Source: an uncultured Gammaproteobacteria bacterium | GTDB lineage: Bacteria > Patescibacteriota > Microgenomatia > CAZXEC01 | NCBI GenBank assembly: GCA_964639595.1 | Contig: CAZXEC010000001.1 | Span: 390,903 to 454,902, forward strand | DNA length: 64,000 nt | Direction: 5' to 3' | Shown here: one piece after another, positions 45,807 through 54,412 of the stretch | Position numbering within the stretch: position 1 is the first letter of the stretch | Layout of the letters: every line of letters starts with the position of its first letter | The notes under the pieces: model-generated | Database searches by the model: none | What the model was told of the DNA's origin: nothing | Seen by the model: the letters and a program-made list of their open reading frames with translations, nothing else | Program-made: the position numbers and the translations under genes

Positions 45807-46930
45807 AGGTCCTTATAACAGGAGGGCATGTCACACCGGCGCAAGCTGTCATTGAACAGCTAAGAAAAAAGCAGGGCGTGGATATTGCTTATGTGGGTAG
45901 AAAGTCGACGATGGAAGGTGATGAGTCTGACAGTTATGAATATCAAGTTATCCAAAAATTAGGCATTCCATTTTTTAATTTAATCACCGGCAGACTGCAA
46001 AGAAAGCTGACACCCTATACTTTATGGTCATTGATAAAAATTCCGGTCGGCCTCATACATTCGTTGTCAATCATTATTCAGGTAAAACCAGATGTGGTCT
46101 GCGCCTTTGGCGGATATCTATCAACCCCGATCTGCTTTTGGGCCTATCTTTTTCATATCCCAATTGTTATTCATGAACAAACACAGACAGCCGGTTTTGC
46201 CAACCGGATAAATTCTTTATTCGCCGCCAAAATAGCCGTCTCTTTTACATCATCCCTGCCATATTTTGCAAAAGGCAAAACTGTCCTGACTGGAAATCCC
46301 CTAAGAAGCGCGATTTTTTCTCATCAAATTACATCACCGGAAATACAAGAATTCTCAAATAATAATTTGTCAGTTCCCAAGATCTATGTTACCGGTGGTA
46401 ATCAAGGCAGTCATATCATCAACCAGGTTATTTTTAAGTCTCTGCCAAGACTAGCGGCAGAGTTTGCCATCATCCATCAAACAGGTGACCAGAAGTCAAC
46501 CGGTGATTTTGACATGGCGCAAAACATCAGATTACATTTGCCTAGCAAACAGCAAGACCGCTACCTGCCTATTAAATTTATCTATGATGACGATATTGGC
46601 GGAGTATTAAATTTGGCTGATTTGGTTATCTGTCGCTCTGGAGCCAATACCGTGTTGGAGTTGGCGGCCTTGGGCAAAAAAGCTATTCTTGTCCCGCTTG
46701 GCATCTCGGCTCAAGGTGACCAAGCCAAAAACGCGCTGCTATTGCAAAAAATTAGCGGCGCCGAAATTATTTTGGAGAATGACTTAAACGAGAAGTTGTT
46801 AGTTAGCAAAATAACACTACTTTTAGGACAGGTAGTGGATGATTTTAAACTAAAGGCTCAACAATATATCCATCCCACTGCCGCCTCGGATCTGGCAGAG
46901 CTAGTTATCGCTCAAACTAAATTAAATTAA
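45803..46930 (+). CDS. murG: Lipid II GlcNAc transferase
   Basis: TGGHVTP, HEQT, TGNP, TGGNQGS, RSGANT, QAKNA. Confidence 0.95.
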   Translation: MKVLITGGHVTPAQAVIEQLRKKQGVDIAYVGRKSTMEGDESDSYEYQVIQKLGIPFFNLITGRLQRKLTPYTLWSLIKIPVGLIHSLSIIIQVKPDVVCAFGGYLSTPICFWAYLFHIPIVIHEQTQTAGFANRINSLFAAKIAVSFTSSLPYFAKGKTVLTGNPLRSAIFSHQITSPEIQEFSNNNLSVPKIYVTGGNQGSHIINQVIFKSLPRLAAEFAIIHQTGDQKSTGDFDMAQNIRLHLPSKQQDRYLPIKFIYDDDIGGVLNLADLVICRSGANTVLELAALGKKAILVPLGISAQGDQAKNALLLQKISGAEIILENDLNEKLLVSKITLLLGQVVDDFKLKAQQYIHPTAASDLAELVIAQTKLN

Positions 46931-46932
46931 CC

Positions 46933-47760
46933 ATGTTTGCCAAAAGGAGACGACTACAAATTCGTAGAAACAGATTAATTCTGCCGCTGAAAAATGTGGT
47001 AGTAGTGCCGTTCAAGAAGTTTTGGTTAGTTAGTGTGGTAGTGCTACTTGCTGCAGTTGTCTACTTATTTTTTCGTTCGGATCTGTTTTTAATTCATCAG
47101 ATTAAAGTGCAATCTTCCAGCCAATGTGTCAGTGAAGATCAGATCAAAGATGCTGCCGGTGCTTGGGGAAAAAGTTTTTTTACTATCGACACGAGCGATC
47201 TTTCCCAAAAAATCCTCAACAAGTTTATAGTTATTAAATCAGTTGAAATTAAAAAAGATTGGCCGGATCAGTTGATTTTGACAGTCGAATGTAGAAAACC
47301 TCTGCTCCAGGTGATTAAAGCCAACCTACCAGGGTTAAATATCAAAGAAGCCTCAAGCTCTGCCGATATTGTCATACCCGGCAACCCAGGCGCTGTTTTG
47401 TTAGCTGATGTACAGGGGGTTATTTTTAAGACTCAACCAAACCTGGATTTGAGCTTGCCGGTATTTTTAATCGAAGAGGAACTTAGCATAGGATCTAAAC
47501 TAGATAGTATTGCCCAAAAGGCGGCAATTGATGCTATTGAAACGAGTCAACAAGAAGGGTTTTTTAGCCAGTCAGTAGTGTTTTTGGATGATCTTATTCA
47601 GGTTAACTTCAGTAATGGTATGATAGTGAAAATGAATAAGGCACCCTTGCCAAATAAGTTATCTGATCTTGATTTAATCCTCAAAAAAATCAAGCTAGAT
47701 GGTAAGCAAGTTAGGCTGATAGACCTGCGTTTTGACAAACCGATTATAGTATATCGCTAA
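46933..47760 (+). CDS. ftsQ: FtsQ/DivIB-like protein
   Basis: TM helix, POTRA (KKDWPDQL), C-terminal IDLRFDKPII. Confidence 0.88.
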   Translation: MFAKRRRLQIRRNRLILPLKNVVVVPFKKFWLVSVVVLLAAVVYLFFRSDLFLIHQIKVQSSSQCVSEDQIKDAAGAWGKSFFTIDTSDLSQKILNKFIVIKSVEIKKDWPDQLILTVECRKPLLQVIKANLPGLNIKEASSSADIVIPGNPGAVLLADVQGVIFKTQPNLDLSLPVFLIEEELSIGSKLDSIAQKAAIDAIETSQQEGFFSQSVVFLDDLIQVNFSNGMIVKMNKAPLPNKLSDLDLILKKIKLDGKQVRLIDLRFDKPIIVYR

Positions 47761-47823
47761 ATTACGGCGGCTCAATTGTAAATATGTCATTTGGCCTGTG
47801 AGGCATCCTTGAATAGTTCATGA

Positions 47824-47852
47824 TTGACTCATTTTTTAGCTTGACGTATACT
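47824..47852 (+). promoter_or_regulatory. ftsA promoter
   Basis: TTGACT-17 nt-TATACT, 11 nt before ATG. Confidence 0.65.
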
Positions 47853-47863
47853 CAAAATTATAA

Positions 47864-49171
47864 ATGGCTAGAGATCGTATAGTTTGCGGCATTGATATAG
47901 GTTCTTCTAAAATAACTACCGTTATCGCAACTGTTGTTCAAGATACACAGGCAGTTAATGTTATCGGAGTCTCGACGATTCATTCTAAAGGAATGCGTAA
48001 GGGGCAAGTAGTCAATATTGATGAGATAGTATCGGCTATTACTGAAAATTTAGAGGCAGCGGAGAGAATGGCAGGCTGCACAGTGTCATCTTGCTATGTT
48101 TCAATTGGCGGTTCTCATATCGCTTCCCAAAATTCCCATGGCGTAGTAGCAGTTTCTCAACCCGATCATGAAATAGGCGAAGACGATGTCAGACGAGTAA
48201 TTGAGGCGGCTCGAGCAATATCATTGCCGTCATCCCGCGAAACAGTTCATGTGATCCCACGCTGGTTTGTGGTGGATGGGCAAGAAGGCATTGCTGACCC
48301 TATTGGTATGACGGGAATTCGCCTGGAGGTAGACACCCACATCATATCAGGATCAACTACTTCTATGAGAAACTTAGCCAAGGCAGTGGGGGAAGTTGGC
48401 GTTGACGTAGATGGTCTGGTTTTTTCAGGTTTAGCTTCAGCAGAAGCTGTCCTGTCTGATACAGAAAAAGAGTTAGGAGTAATTGTAGTTGATATTGGCG
48501 GAGGAACAACTGATATTTGCATGTATGTGGAAGGTGCTTTGGCCTACTCATCGGTTTTACCAGTGGGTGCCAAAAATATTACCAATGATATTGCCATTGG
48601 TTTAAGGATCTCTCTGGATAGTGCTGAAAAAATTAAAATTTCTTTGTCTGCTCCTCCAAAGTATGCAGTGGGCATTGATGAAGAAGTAGCAATTCCTTCT
48701 CACCACGCCGATGATAAAAGAAGAAGAGAAGATGAGATTGACCTGACTAATTTGGGCTTACAAGAAGAAATAAAAAGCGCGTCTAAGAAAACCTTGGTAG
48801 ATGGCATTATCAGACCGCGCTTGGACCAGATATTTGAATATGTGGGCTTAGAAATTAAAAGGTCTGGTCTAGTTGGCCAAACCCCCGCCGGTTTAGTATT
48901 AACCGGAGGAGGATCTCAAACTGTTGGTATAGTTGAGTCAGCCAAAAAAGAATTAGCATTACCAGTCAGAATCGGCACACCCACTGGCCTGTCAGGTTTA
49001 GTTGATGAAATTTTATCTCCGGCTTACGCTACCAGCGCTGGCTTAGTTGTCTATGGAGCTCGTACCCAACATGAAGAAAAATCACGTAATGTTATACCAA
49101 GAGTAGGCAATATCCAATTTAAGGGTTTATTGTCTCGCGGTATGGATTTATTAAAATCTCTTCTGCCATAG
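47864..49171 (+). CDS. ftsA: Cell division protein FtsA
   Basis: GIDIGSSK, VDIGGGTTD, AEKIK, LTGGGS. Confidence 0.97.
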   Translation: MARDRIVCGIDIGSSKITTVIATVVQDTQAVNVIGVSTIHSKGMRKGQVVNIDEIVSAITENLEAAERMAGCTVSSCYVSIGGSHIASQNSHGVVAVSQPDHEIGEDDVRRVIEAARAISLPSSRETVHVIPRWFVVDGQEGIADPIGMTGIRLEVDTHIISGSTTSMRNLAKAVGEVGVDVDGLVFSGLASAEAVLSDTEKELGVIVVDIGGGTTDICMYVEGALAYSSVLPVGAKNITNDIAIGLRISLDSAEKIKISLSAPPKYAVGIDEEVAIPSHHADDKRRREDEIDLTNLGLQEEIKSASKKTLVDGIIRPRLDQIFEYVGLEIKRSGLVGQTPAGLVLTGGGSQTVGIVESAKKELALPVRIGTPTGLSGLVDEILSPAYATSAGLVVYGARTQHEEKSRNVIPRVGNIQFKGLLSRGMDLLKSLLP

Positions 49172-49186
49172 GGTTTACTTTTTTGC

Positions 49187-49214
49187 TTGACACGAAGGTG
49201 TCGTATGTTATACT
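49187..49214 (+). promoter_or_regulatory. ftsZ promoter
   Basis: TTGACA-16 nt-TATACT with extended -10 TG, 13 nt before ATG 49228. Confidence 0.65.
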
Positions 49215-49227
49215 TCTGTGTAAATTT

Positions 49228-50367
49228 ATGTTGATTAAGCCGGAAGTGAGACCTTTTGCCAAGATTAAAGTCATTGGACTGGGAGGTGCTGGTTGTAATG
49301 CCTTAAACTCCATGATTTCACTATCACAAATCCAGGGAGTAGAATTTATTGCCGTCAATACTGATGCTCAAGCACTCTTAACCTGTCAAGCTCCCACTAA
49401 AGTTCAAATCGGAGAAAATTTAACCAAAGGTTTAGGCAGTGGGGCTGATCCGGAAATAGGCCAAAAAGCGGCAGAGGAATCGACTGAAAAACTCCATGAC
49501 ATTTTATCCGACGCTGACATGGTGTTTGTCACCGCCGGCATGGGAGGAGGCACTGGGACTGGTTCTGCTCCGATAGTGGCCTCAATTGCCCGGTCACAAA
49601 AAGCCTTGACAGTGGCAGTGACTACTAAGCCATTTGCTTTTGAAGGAACTCGAAGAATGATGATAGCAGAACAGGGCATATCAACACTCAAAGATAAGGT
49701 TGATGCCTTAATTGTTATTCCCAACCAGCGGATTCTGGACGTAGTTGATGCGAAGATGTCCATTATTGAGGCTTTTAAGGTGGCTGATTCAGTGCTATCC
49801 CAGGGTGTGCAGGGCATTGCTGATTTGATTACCATGCCGGGACTGATTAATGTGGACTTTGCCGATGTCAGGACTATTATGACCGGTGCTGGTTCTGCTT
49901 TGATGGGTATTGGTGTTGGGCAAGGAGAAAATAGAGCAGTGACTGCTGCTAGGATGGCGATTGCCTCGCCCTTATTGGAGGTATCCATTGATGGCGCCAG
50001 AGGGGTATTGTTTAATATTATCGGCGGGCCGGACTTGGCCATGTCAGAAGTTGATGAGGCTGCTAAAATTATTGCCGGCGCAGCTGATGCTGATGCTAAT
50101 ATTATCTTTGGGGCCACCATTGATGAGAAAATGGTAGACCAGATCAAAATTACTGTTATTGCCACTGGTTTTGATGCCACCAGAAGGCGGTTGAGGGAGC
50201 TAACCAGAAGAGACACCAGTCAGATTCAAAACCAGATGGGCGACCCATGGCTAAATTCTTCAACAGGCGATATACCGCTTACTCCAGCATCGACAGTTCC
50301 AATTATTGATGAAAATATATTTACCGATGATGATTTCGACACTCCGGCCTTTTTGAAAAAACACTAG
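49228..50367 (+). CDS. ftsZ: Cell division protein FtsZ
   Basis: GMGGGTGTG tubulin motif, NVDFADV, C-terminal DTPAFL. Confidence 0.98.
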   Translation: MLIKPEVRPFAKIKVIGLGGAGCNALNSMISLSQIQGVEFIAVNTDAQALLTCQAPTKVQIGENLTKGLGSGADPEIGQKAAEESTEKLHDILSDADMVFVTAGMGGGTGTGSAPIVASIARSQKALTVAVTTKPFAFEGTRRMMIAEQGISTLKDKVDALIVIPNQRILDVVDAKMSIIEAFKVADSVLSQGVQGIADLITMPGLINVDFADVRTIMTGAGSALMGIGVGQGENRAVTAARMAIASPLLEVSIDGARGVLFNIIGGPDLAMSEVDEAAKIIAGAADADANIIFGATIDEKMVDQIKITVIATGFDATRRRLRELTRRDTSQIQNQMGDPWLNSSTGDIPLTPASTVPIIDENIFTDDDFDTPAFLKKH

Positions 50368-50535
50368 TTTGCCACTTCCATGACAGAGGTTGTTGAACAA
50401 ACACCGCCAAATCATGCAAAGTGGCCTGAAAAATTAAAGGTCAGTTATCGCTACTCCGGCTTTTCTAAGAAATAGCAGGTAACATCCAGAGCCTAAGATT
50501 TGATTATCAACTGCATGAGTAGTTTAATATAAAAG

Positions 50536-50688
50536 ATGGACACAGTGGACACAGAAAAAACACCCTCCCTCCCCCGCCTTTCACAAAAAAGAAAGGCCGG
50601 GTTCTTTCCCGAACATCTTCTGCCATTTGTTCCCTGGCGTGGTGAAGTAGAAGACGAGAAGTGTACACATCACACCCTTAGGGTGTGA
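50536..50688 (+). pseudogene. Possible truncated 50-codon ORF ending inside the left palindrome
   Basis: MDTVDTEKTPSLPRLSQKRKAGFFPEHLLPFVPWRGEVEDEKCTHHTLRV*; stop codon supplied by the palindrome. Confidence 0.3.
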
Positions 50689-50691
50689 TGT
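50667..50691. repeat. REP-like palindrome downstream of RAYT
   Basis: ACATCACACCC-TTA-GGGTGTGATGT. Confidence 0.9.
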
Positions 50692-50711
50692 ATTTGATGG
50701 TCTAGTGATCC

Positions 50712-51386
50712 TCATTCTATTAGAAGGTGTTTTAGTTGATCTAATTGTCTTTGGTAGCCGATTTGGTCTTCTGTGAATTTGATAAATTCTTGGGTAGAAG
50801 TAAAATATTTTAAAACAAGATCTTTATTGATGATATCTAAATTATGCTTACCAATGTAGGTAGGAAAAGATGACCATGGATAGTTTTCTAATTGTTTGAT
50901 ATCACTTAAAATAAAAGCAGTAGTAGGGTTTAAATGTATATATCTTACAACATGAATCAATTGGTCACCGCTTTTAATTAATTTTGCCTTGAACATAGTT
51001 TTGAATAAACTTCCGTCACGAGCCGTCCTAACATTAAAATATTTAGCATAGCTGTTCTGAAAGTTACTCATAAAAGTTGATATTCCCCTTGCTCTTACCT
51101 CTTTGATTAGGAAATGGATATGATTTGGCATAAGACAGAAAGCAAGTAACTCTATTTGTTTTTGGCCATTTTTTCTTAAGTTATCCATAAAATCATTTTT
51201 TTGCAAATCAGATAAACGTTTAAAGTAGGAGAACCGTATCTTTACACCTACATAGCTGTAGAATACTAAGACTTGTAAAGCTCTTTGATAGTCCTGCTTA
51301 GTTAAGAATATAGACTGTTGAGCAATACCTCTATTAAATACATGATATATTTGGTCAATCACTAAAGGGGGATTCCTGTATGTCAT
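50712..51386 (-). CDS. REP-associated tyrosine transposase (Y1_Tnp)
   Basis: YHVFNRG, FCLMPNHIHFL (HUH), YIHLNP, YPWSS. Confidence 0.92.
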   Translation of the reverse strand: MTYRNPPLVIDQIYHVFNRGIAQQSIFLTKQDYQRALQVLVFYSYVGVKIRFSYFKRLSDLQKNDFMDNLRKNGQKQIELLAFCLMPNHIHFLIKEVRARGISTFMSNFQNSYAKYFNVRTARDGSLFKTMFKAKLIKSGDQLIHVVRYIHLNPTTAFILSDIKQLENYPWSSFPTYIGKHNLDIINKDLVLKYFTSTQEFIKFTEDQIGYQRQLDQLKHLLIE

Positions 51387-51391
51387 GATTT

Positions 51392-51444
51392 AATACTATC
51401 ACACCCTTAGGGTGTGATAGGGGTGTATAGGGTGTGATAGTATT
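51392..51444. repeat. REP-like palindrome with an extra arm upstream of RAYT
   Basis: AATACTATCACACCCTTAGGGTGTGATAG-GGGTGTA-TAGGGTGTGATAGTATT. Confidence 0.9.
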
Positions 51445-51487
51445 GTCAACTTGTCCCCAAGCTGGATTTTTAGGTACAATATCATTG

Positions 51488-54409
51488 ATGTTTAAACCAG
51501 TTTCTACCAAGATGGATTTTATTGACATGGAGCATAAGCTCCTGGATTTTTGGTATTCCCAGGGGATTATTAAGAAATATTTGGCCAAAAATAACCAGTC
51601 ACAGTCCAAATTCTCCTTTTTAGACGGCCCGATTACTGCCAATAATCCCATGGGAGTGCACCATGCCTGGGGCAGAACTTATAAAGACCTCTGGCAACGC
51701 TTTTTTACTATGCTAGGTAAAAAACAACGTTATCAAAACGGTTTTGATGAACAAGGGCTTTGGGTAGAGGTAGAAGTTGAGAAAGAGCTGGGCTTAAAAA
51801 GTAAAAAAGATATTGAGAATTTGGTTCCCGGTGATAAATTCAAAAGTCTGGAAAAATTTATCAACCTGTGCCAGGATCGAGTCAAAAAATTTTCCGCCAT
51901 CCAAACGGAACAATCCCAGAGACTGGGCTACTTCATGGATTGGGATAATTCTTATCACACTTCCTCGGAAGAGAATAACTACACGATTTGGCGTTATTTG
52001 GCAACTGTTCATAAAAAGGGTTGGTTGTATAAAGGCAGGGATTCTGTGCCATGGTGTCCCAGATGCGGAACAGCCATTTCTCAACATGAGATTTTAACTG
52101 AAGAATATCAAGAACTTACCCATAAAACAGTCGTATTTAAGCTTCCTCTAAAAGGGAAAAAGAATGAATACCTTTTAGCTTGGACGACAACTCCGTGGAC
52201 GATACCAGGAAATGTAGCTCTAGCCGTAGACCCAGATCGTTCATATTGGAAGATGACTAATAATAAAGGAGAAAAAATAATACTTATCAATCCTACAGCA
52301 AGTGGAAATGTTGAGAAGGAGGCAATGCTTGTTGAAAGATTGGATTTGACTAAAGGTTGGGTGAAGCATCAGGGAGGAGAAATAAAAGGTAAAGATTTAA
52401 TTGGGCTAGAATATGAGGCGCCATATAATCATCTACCAGCTGTTAAAAAAACTTTAGGGAAATACCAGCATCAGGTAGTTTCAGCAGACCCAAAGATATT
52501 GGCAATTAATCCAGCTGAAGGTACAGGAATTGTTCATATAGCACCTGGTGCTGGAGCCGAAGATTTTAGGCTAGGTATTAAAGAAAAAATACCCTCAATT
52601 GAAGAAATTGATGAGACGGGAATATTTCTAGAAGGATTTGAATTTTTAAGTAGTCTTGATGTCAACGAAGCCTCAAAGAAAATACTGGAAGATCTCAAGA
52701 ATCGTAATTTAGCTTTTAAGATCGCTGATTATACTCATCGATACCCCACATGCTGGCGATGTAAAACAGAACTGGTCTGGCGGGTAGTAGATGAGTGGTA
52801 TATAGCGATGGACCATCCTTCGCGCAAGGCTTCGGATGGCAAGCAAACCTATCGACAAATGATGATGGAAGTGGCAAAAAAGATTGACTGGATTCCAGAG
52901 TGGGGATTGGATCGGGAACTGGATTGGCTCAAAAATATGCACGATTGGTTAATCTCCAAGAAAAGATACTGGGGTTTGGCCCTGCCTGTTTGGGAATGTC
53001 ACAAATGCGGAAATTTTGAAGTTATTGACAGCAGGGATGAATTACAAAAAAAAGCTGTAGCGGGCTGGGATCAATTTACTGGACATTCGCCTCATCGGCC
53101 TTGGATAGATCAAATAAAAATCAAATGCTCAAAATGTAATGAAAGTATCTTAAGAATTCCGGATGTGGGCAACCCTTGGCTTGATGCCGGGATAGTGCCT
53201 TTTTCGACCATGCCAGAAGATTGGTTTCCGGCAGATTTTATTACGGAATCTTTTCCTGGTCAATTTAAAAACTGGTTCTATTCGTTAATTGCCATGAGCA
53301 CTGTCTTAAAAAACACTAATCCATTCCAGGCGGTGTTAGGCTTTGCGTCGGTCAGGGATGACAGGGGAGAGGAAATGCACAAGTCCAAAGGCAATGCTAT
53401 TGAGTTTGGCGAGGCGGCAGACAAGATTGGCGTGGATGTGATGCGGTGGATTTATAGTATTCAAAATCCGGAACAAAATCTTAATTTTGGCTATCATACG
53501 GCAGACGAAACCAGGCGGAGATTTTATTTAATTCTGTGGAATGTTTACAGTTTCTTTGTAACATATGCCAACCTTGATAAATGGACTCCACCGGCAAAAT
53601 TTTCCCAACACTCTCAATCTGCTAATATACTTGACCGTTGGGTACTTACTAAATTATATCGATTGGTTGAGCTGGTAACTAGTTCACTGGCAAGCTATGA
53701 TGCTATGACTGCCTCTCGGGCAATTGAAGAGTTTGTTGTTGATGATCTTTCCGGATGGTATATCAGACGCAGCCGTGATCGGGTGGGGCCCACTGTTGAT
53801 GATAGTCAAGACAAAGATGCCTTTTATCAGACATGCCATGAAGTTTTGGTGAAGTTATCAAAAACTCTGGCCCCTTTTATACCATTTATTGCTGAAGAGA
53901 TTTACCAGAATCTGACTGGCGAGGAATCAGTCCATTTGTCTGATTGGCCAAAACCAGATAGCAAACAGACTATTGGGGGTATTGATCTAAACATGTCTGA
54001 TGCCATTAAACTTGCTTCTGTTGTCCATGCTTTTCGCAAGACTGCTGGCGTGAAAGTGAGAATTCCATTCAAAAAACTGCATTATTCAGGTTCAAAAATA
54101 CCAGATGAGATACTTAAAATAGTTGAGGATGAAGTTAATGTTTACCATTTAGAGTATAGAGGCAGGAATGAAGATTTTCAGGTGGATGGTGACATATCGG
54201 TTGCCAACCAAGATTTGCAAGCAGGACAGGCCAGGGAACTAATAAGAACAATTCAGGAAAAGAGAAAAGAAGCAGGCTGCGCTTTAGACGAGTTGATTGA
54301 AATAGTTGTTCCAAATTGGCCTGCTAGCTTCGAAAAAGACATTCTCAAGCAGACACTAGCCAAAAGCATAACCTCTGGACCAGAGTTGTCCGTGGTGAGA
54401 ATTTCATAA
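51488..54409 (+). CDS. ileS: Isoleucine--tRNA ligase, type 2
   Basis: DGPITAN, GVHH (HIGH variant), WTTTPWT, EMHKS (KMSKS variant); start ATG 51488, 7 nt after TACAAT. Confidence 0.96.
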   Translation: MFKPVSTKMDFIDMEHKLLDFWYSQGIIKKYLAKNNQSQSKFSFLDGPITANNPMGVHHAWGRTYKDLWQRFFTMLGKKQRYQNGFDEQGLWVEVEVEKELGLKSKKDIENLVPGDKFKSLEKFINLCQDRVKKFSAIQTEQSQRLGYFMDWDNSYHTSSEENNYTIWRYLATVHKKGWLYKGRDSVPWCPRCGTAISQHEILTEEYQELTHKTVVFKLPLKGKKNEYLLAWTTTPWTIPGNVALAVDPDRSYWKMTNNKGEKIILINPTASGNVEKEAMLVERLDLTKGWVKHQGGEIKGKDLIGLEYEAPYNHLPAVKKTLGKYQHQVVSADPKILAINPAEGTGIVHIAPGAGAEDFRLGIKEKIPSIEEIDETGIFLEGFEFLSSLDVNEASKKILEDLKNRNLAFKIADYTHRYPTCWRCKTELVWRVVDEWYIAMDHPSRKASDGKQTYRQMMMEVAKKIDWIPEWGLDRELDWLKNMHDWLISKKRYWGLALPVWECHKCGNFEVIDSRDELQKKAVAGWDQFTGHSPHRPWIDQIKIKCSKCNESILRIPDVGNPWLDAGIVPFSTMPEDWFPADFITESFPGQFKNWFYSLIAMSTVLKNTNPFQAVLGFASVRDDRGEEMHKSKGNAIEFGEAADKIGVDVMRWIYSIQNPEQNLNFGYHTADETRRRFYLILWNVYSFFVTYANLDKWTPPAKFSQHSQSANILDRWVLTKLYRLVELVTSSLASYDAMTASRAIEEFVVDDLSGWYIRRSRDRVGPTVDDSQDKDAFYQTCHEVLVKLSKTLAPFIPFIAEEIYQNLTGEESVHLSDWPKPDSKQTIGGIDLNMSDAIKLASVVHAFRKTAGVKVRIPFKKLHYSGSKIPDEILKIVEDEVNVYHLEYRGRNEDFQVDGDISVANQDLQAGQARELIRTIQEKRKEAGCALDELIEIVVPNWPASFEKDILKQTLAKSITSGPELSVVRIS
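52813..52843. repeat. Short imperfect palindrome in-frame in ileS
   Basis: CCATCC-TTCGCGCAAGGCTTC-GGATGG-CAAG; encodes HPSRKASDGK. Confidence 0.55.
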
Positions 54410-54412
54410 AAT

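Larger units (their letters stand above)
50667..51444 (-). mobile_element. RAYT/REP element (IS200-superfamily HUH transposase with flanking palindromes)
   Basis: Y1 transposase bracketed by identical 21-nt core ATCACACCCTTAGGGTGTGAT; AT-rich; opposite orientation to neighbours. Confidence 0.8.

Noticed and set aside
49404-50216. 270-aa antisense ORF over ftsZ
   Set aside because: Shadow frame of a conserved gene; no motifs or independent start signals.
51434-51487. N-terminal extension of IleRS from GTG 51434 (similarly TTG/GTG extensions for recO, mraZ, ftsZ, lepB, glmU-N)
   Set aside because: These extensions run through palindrome, promoter or upstream-gene sequence; downstream ATGs match the family N-termini.
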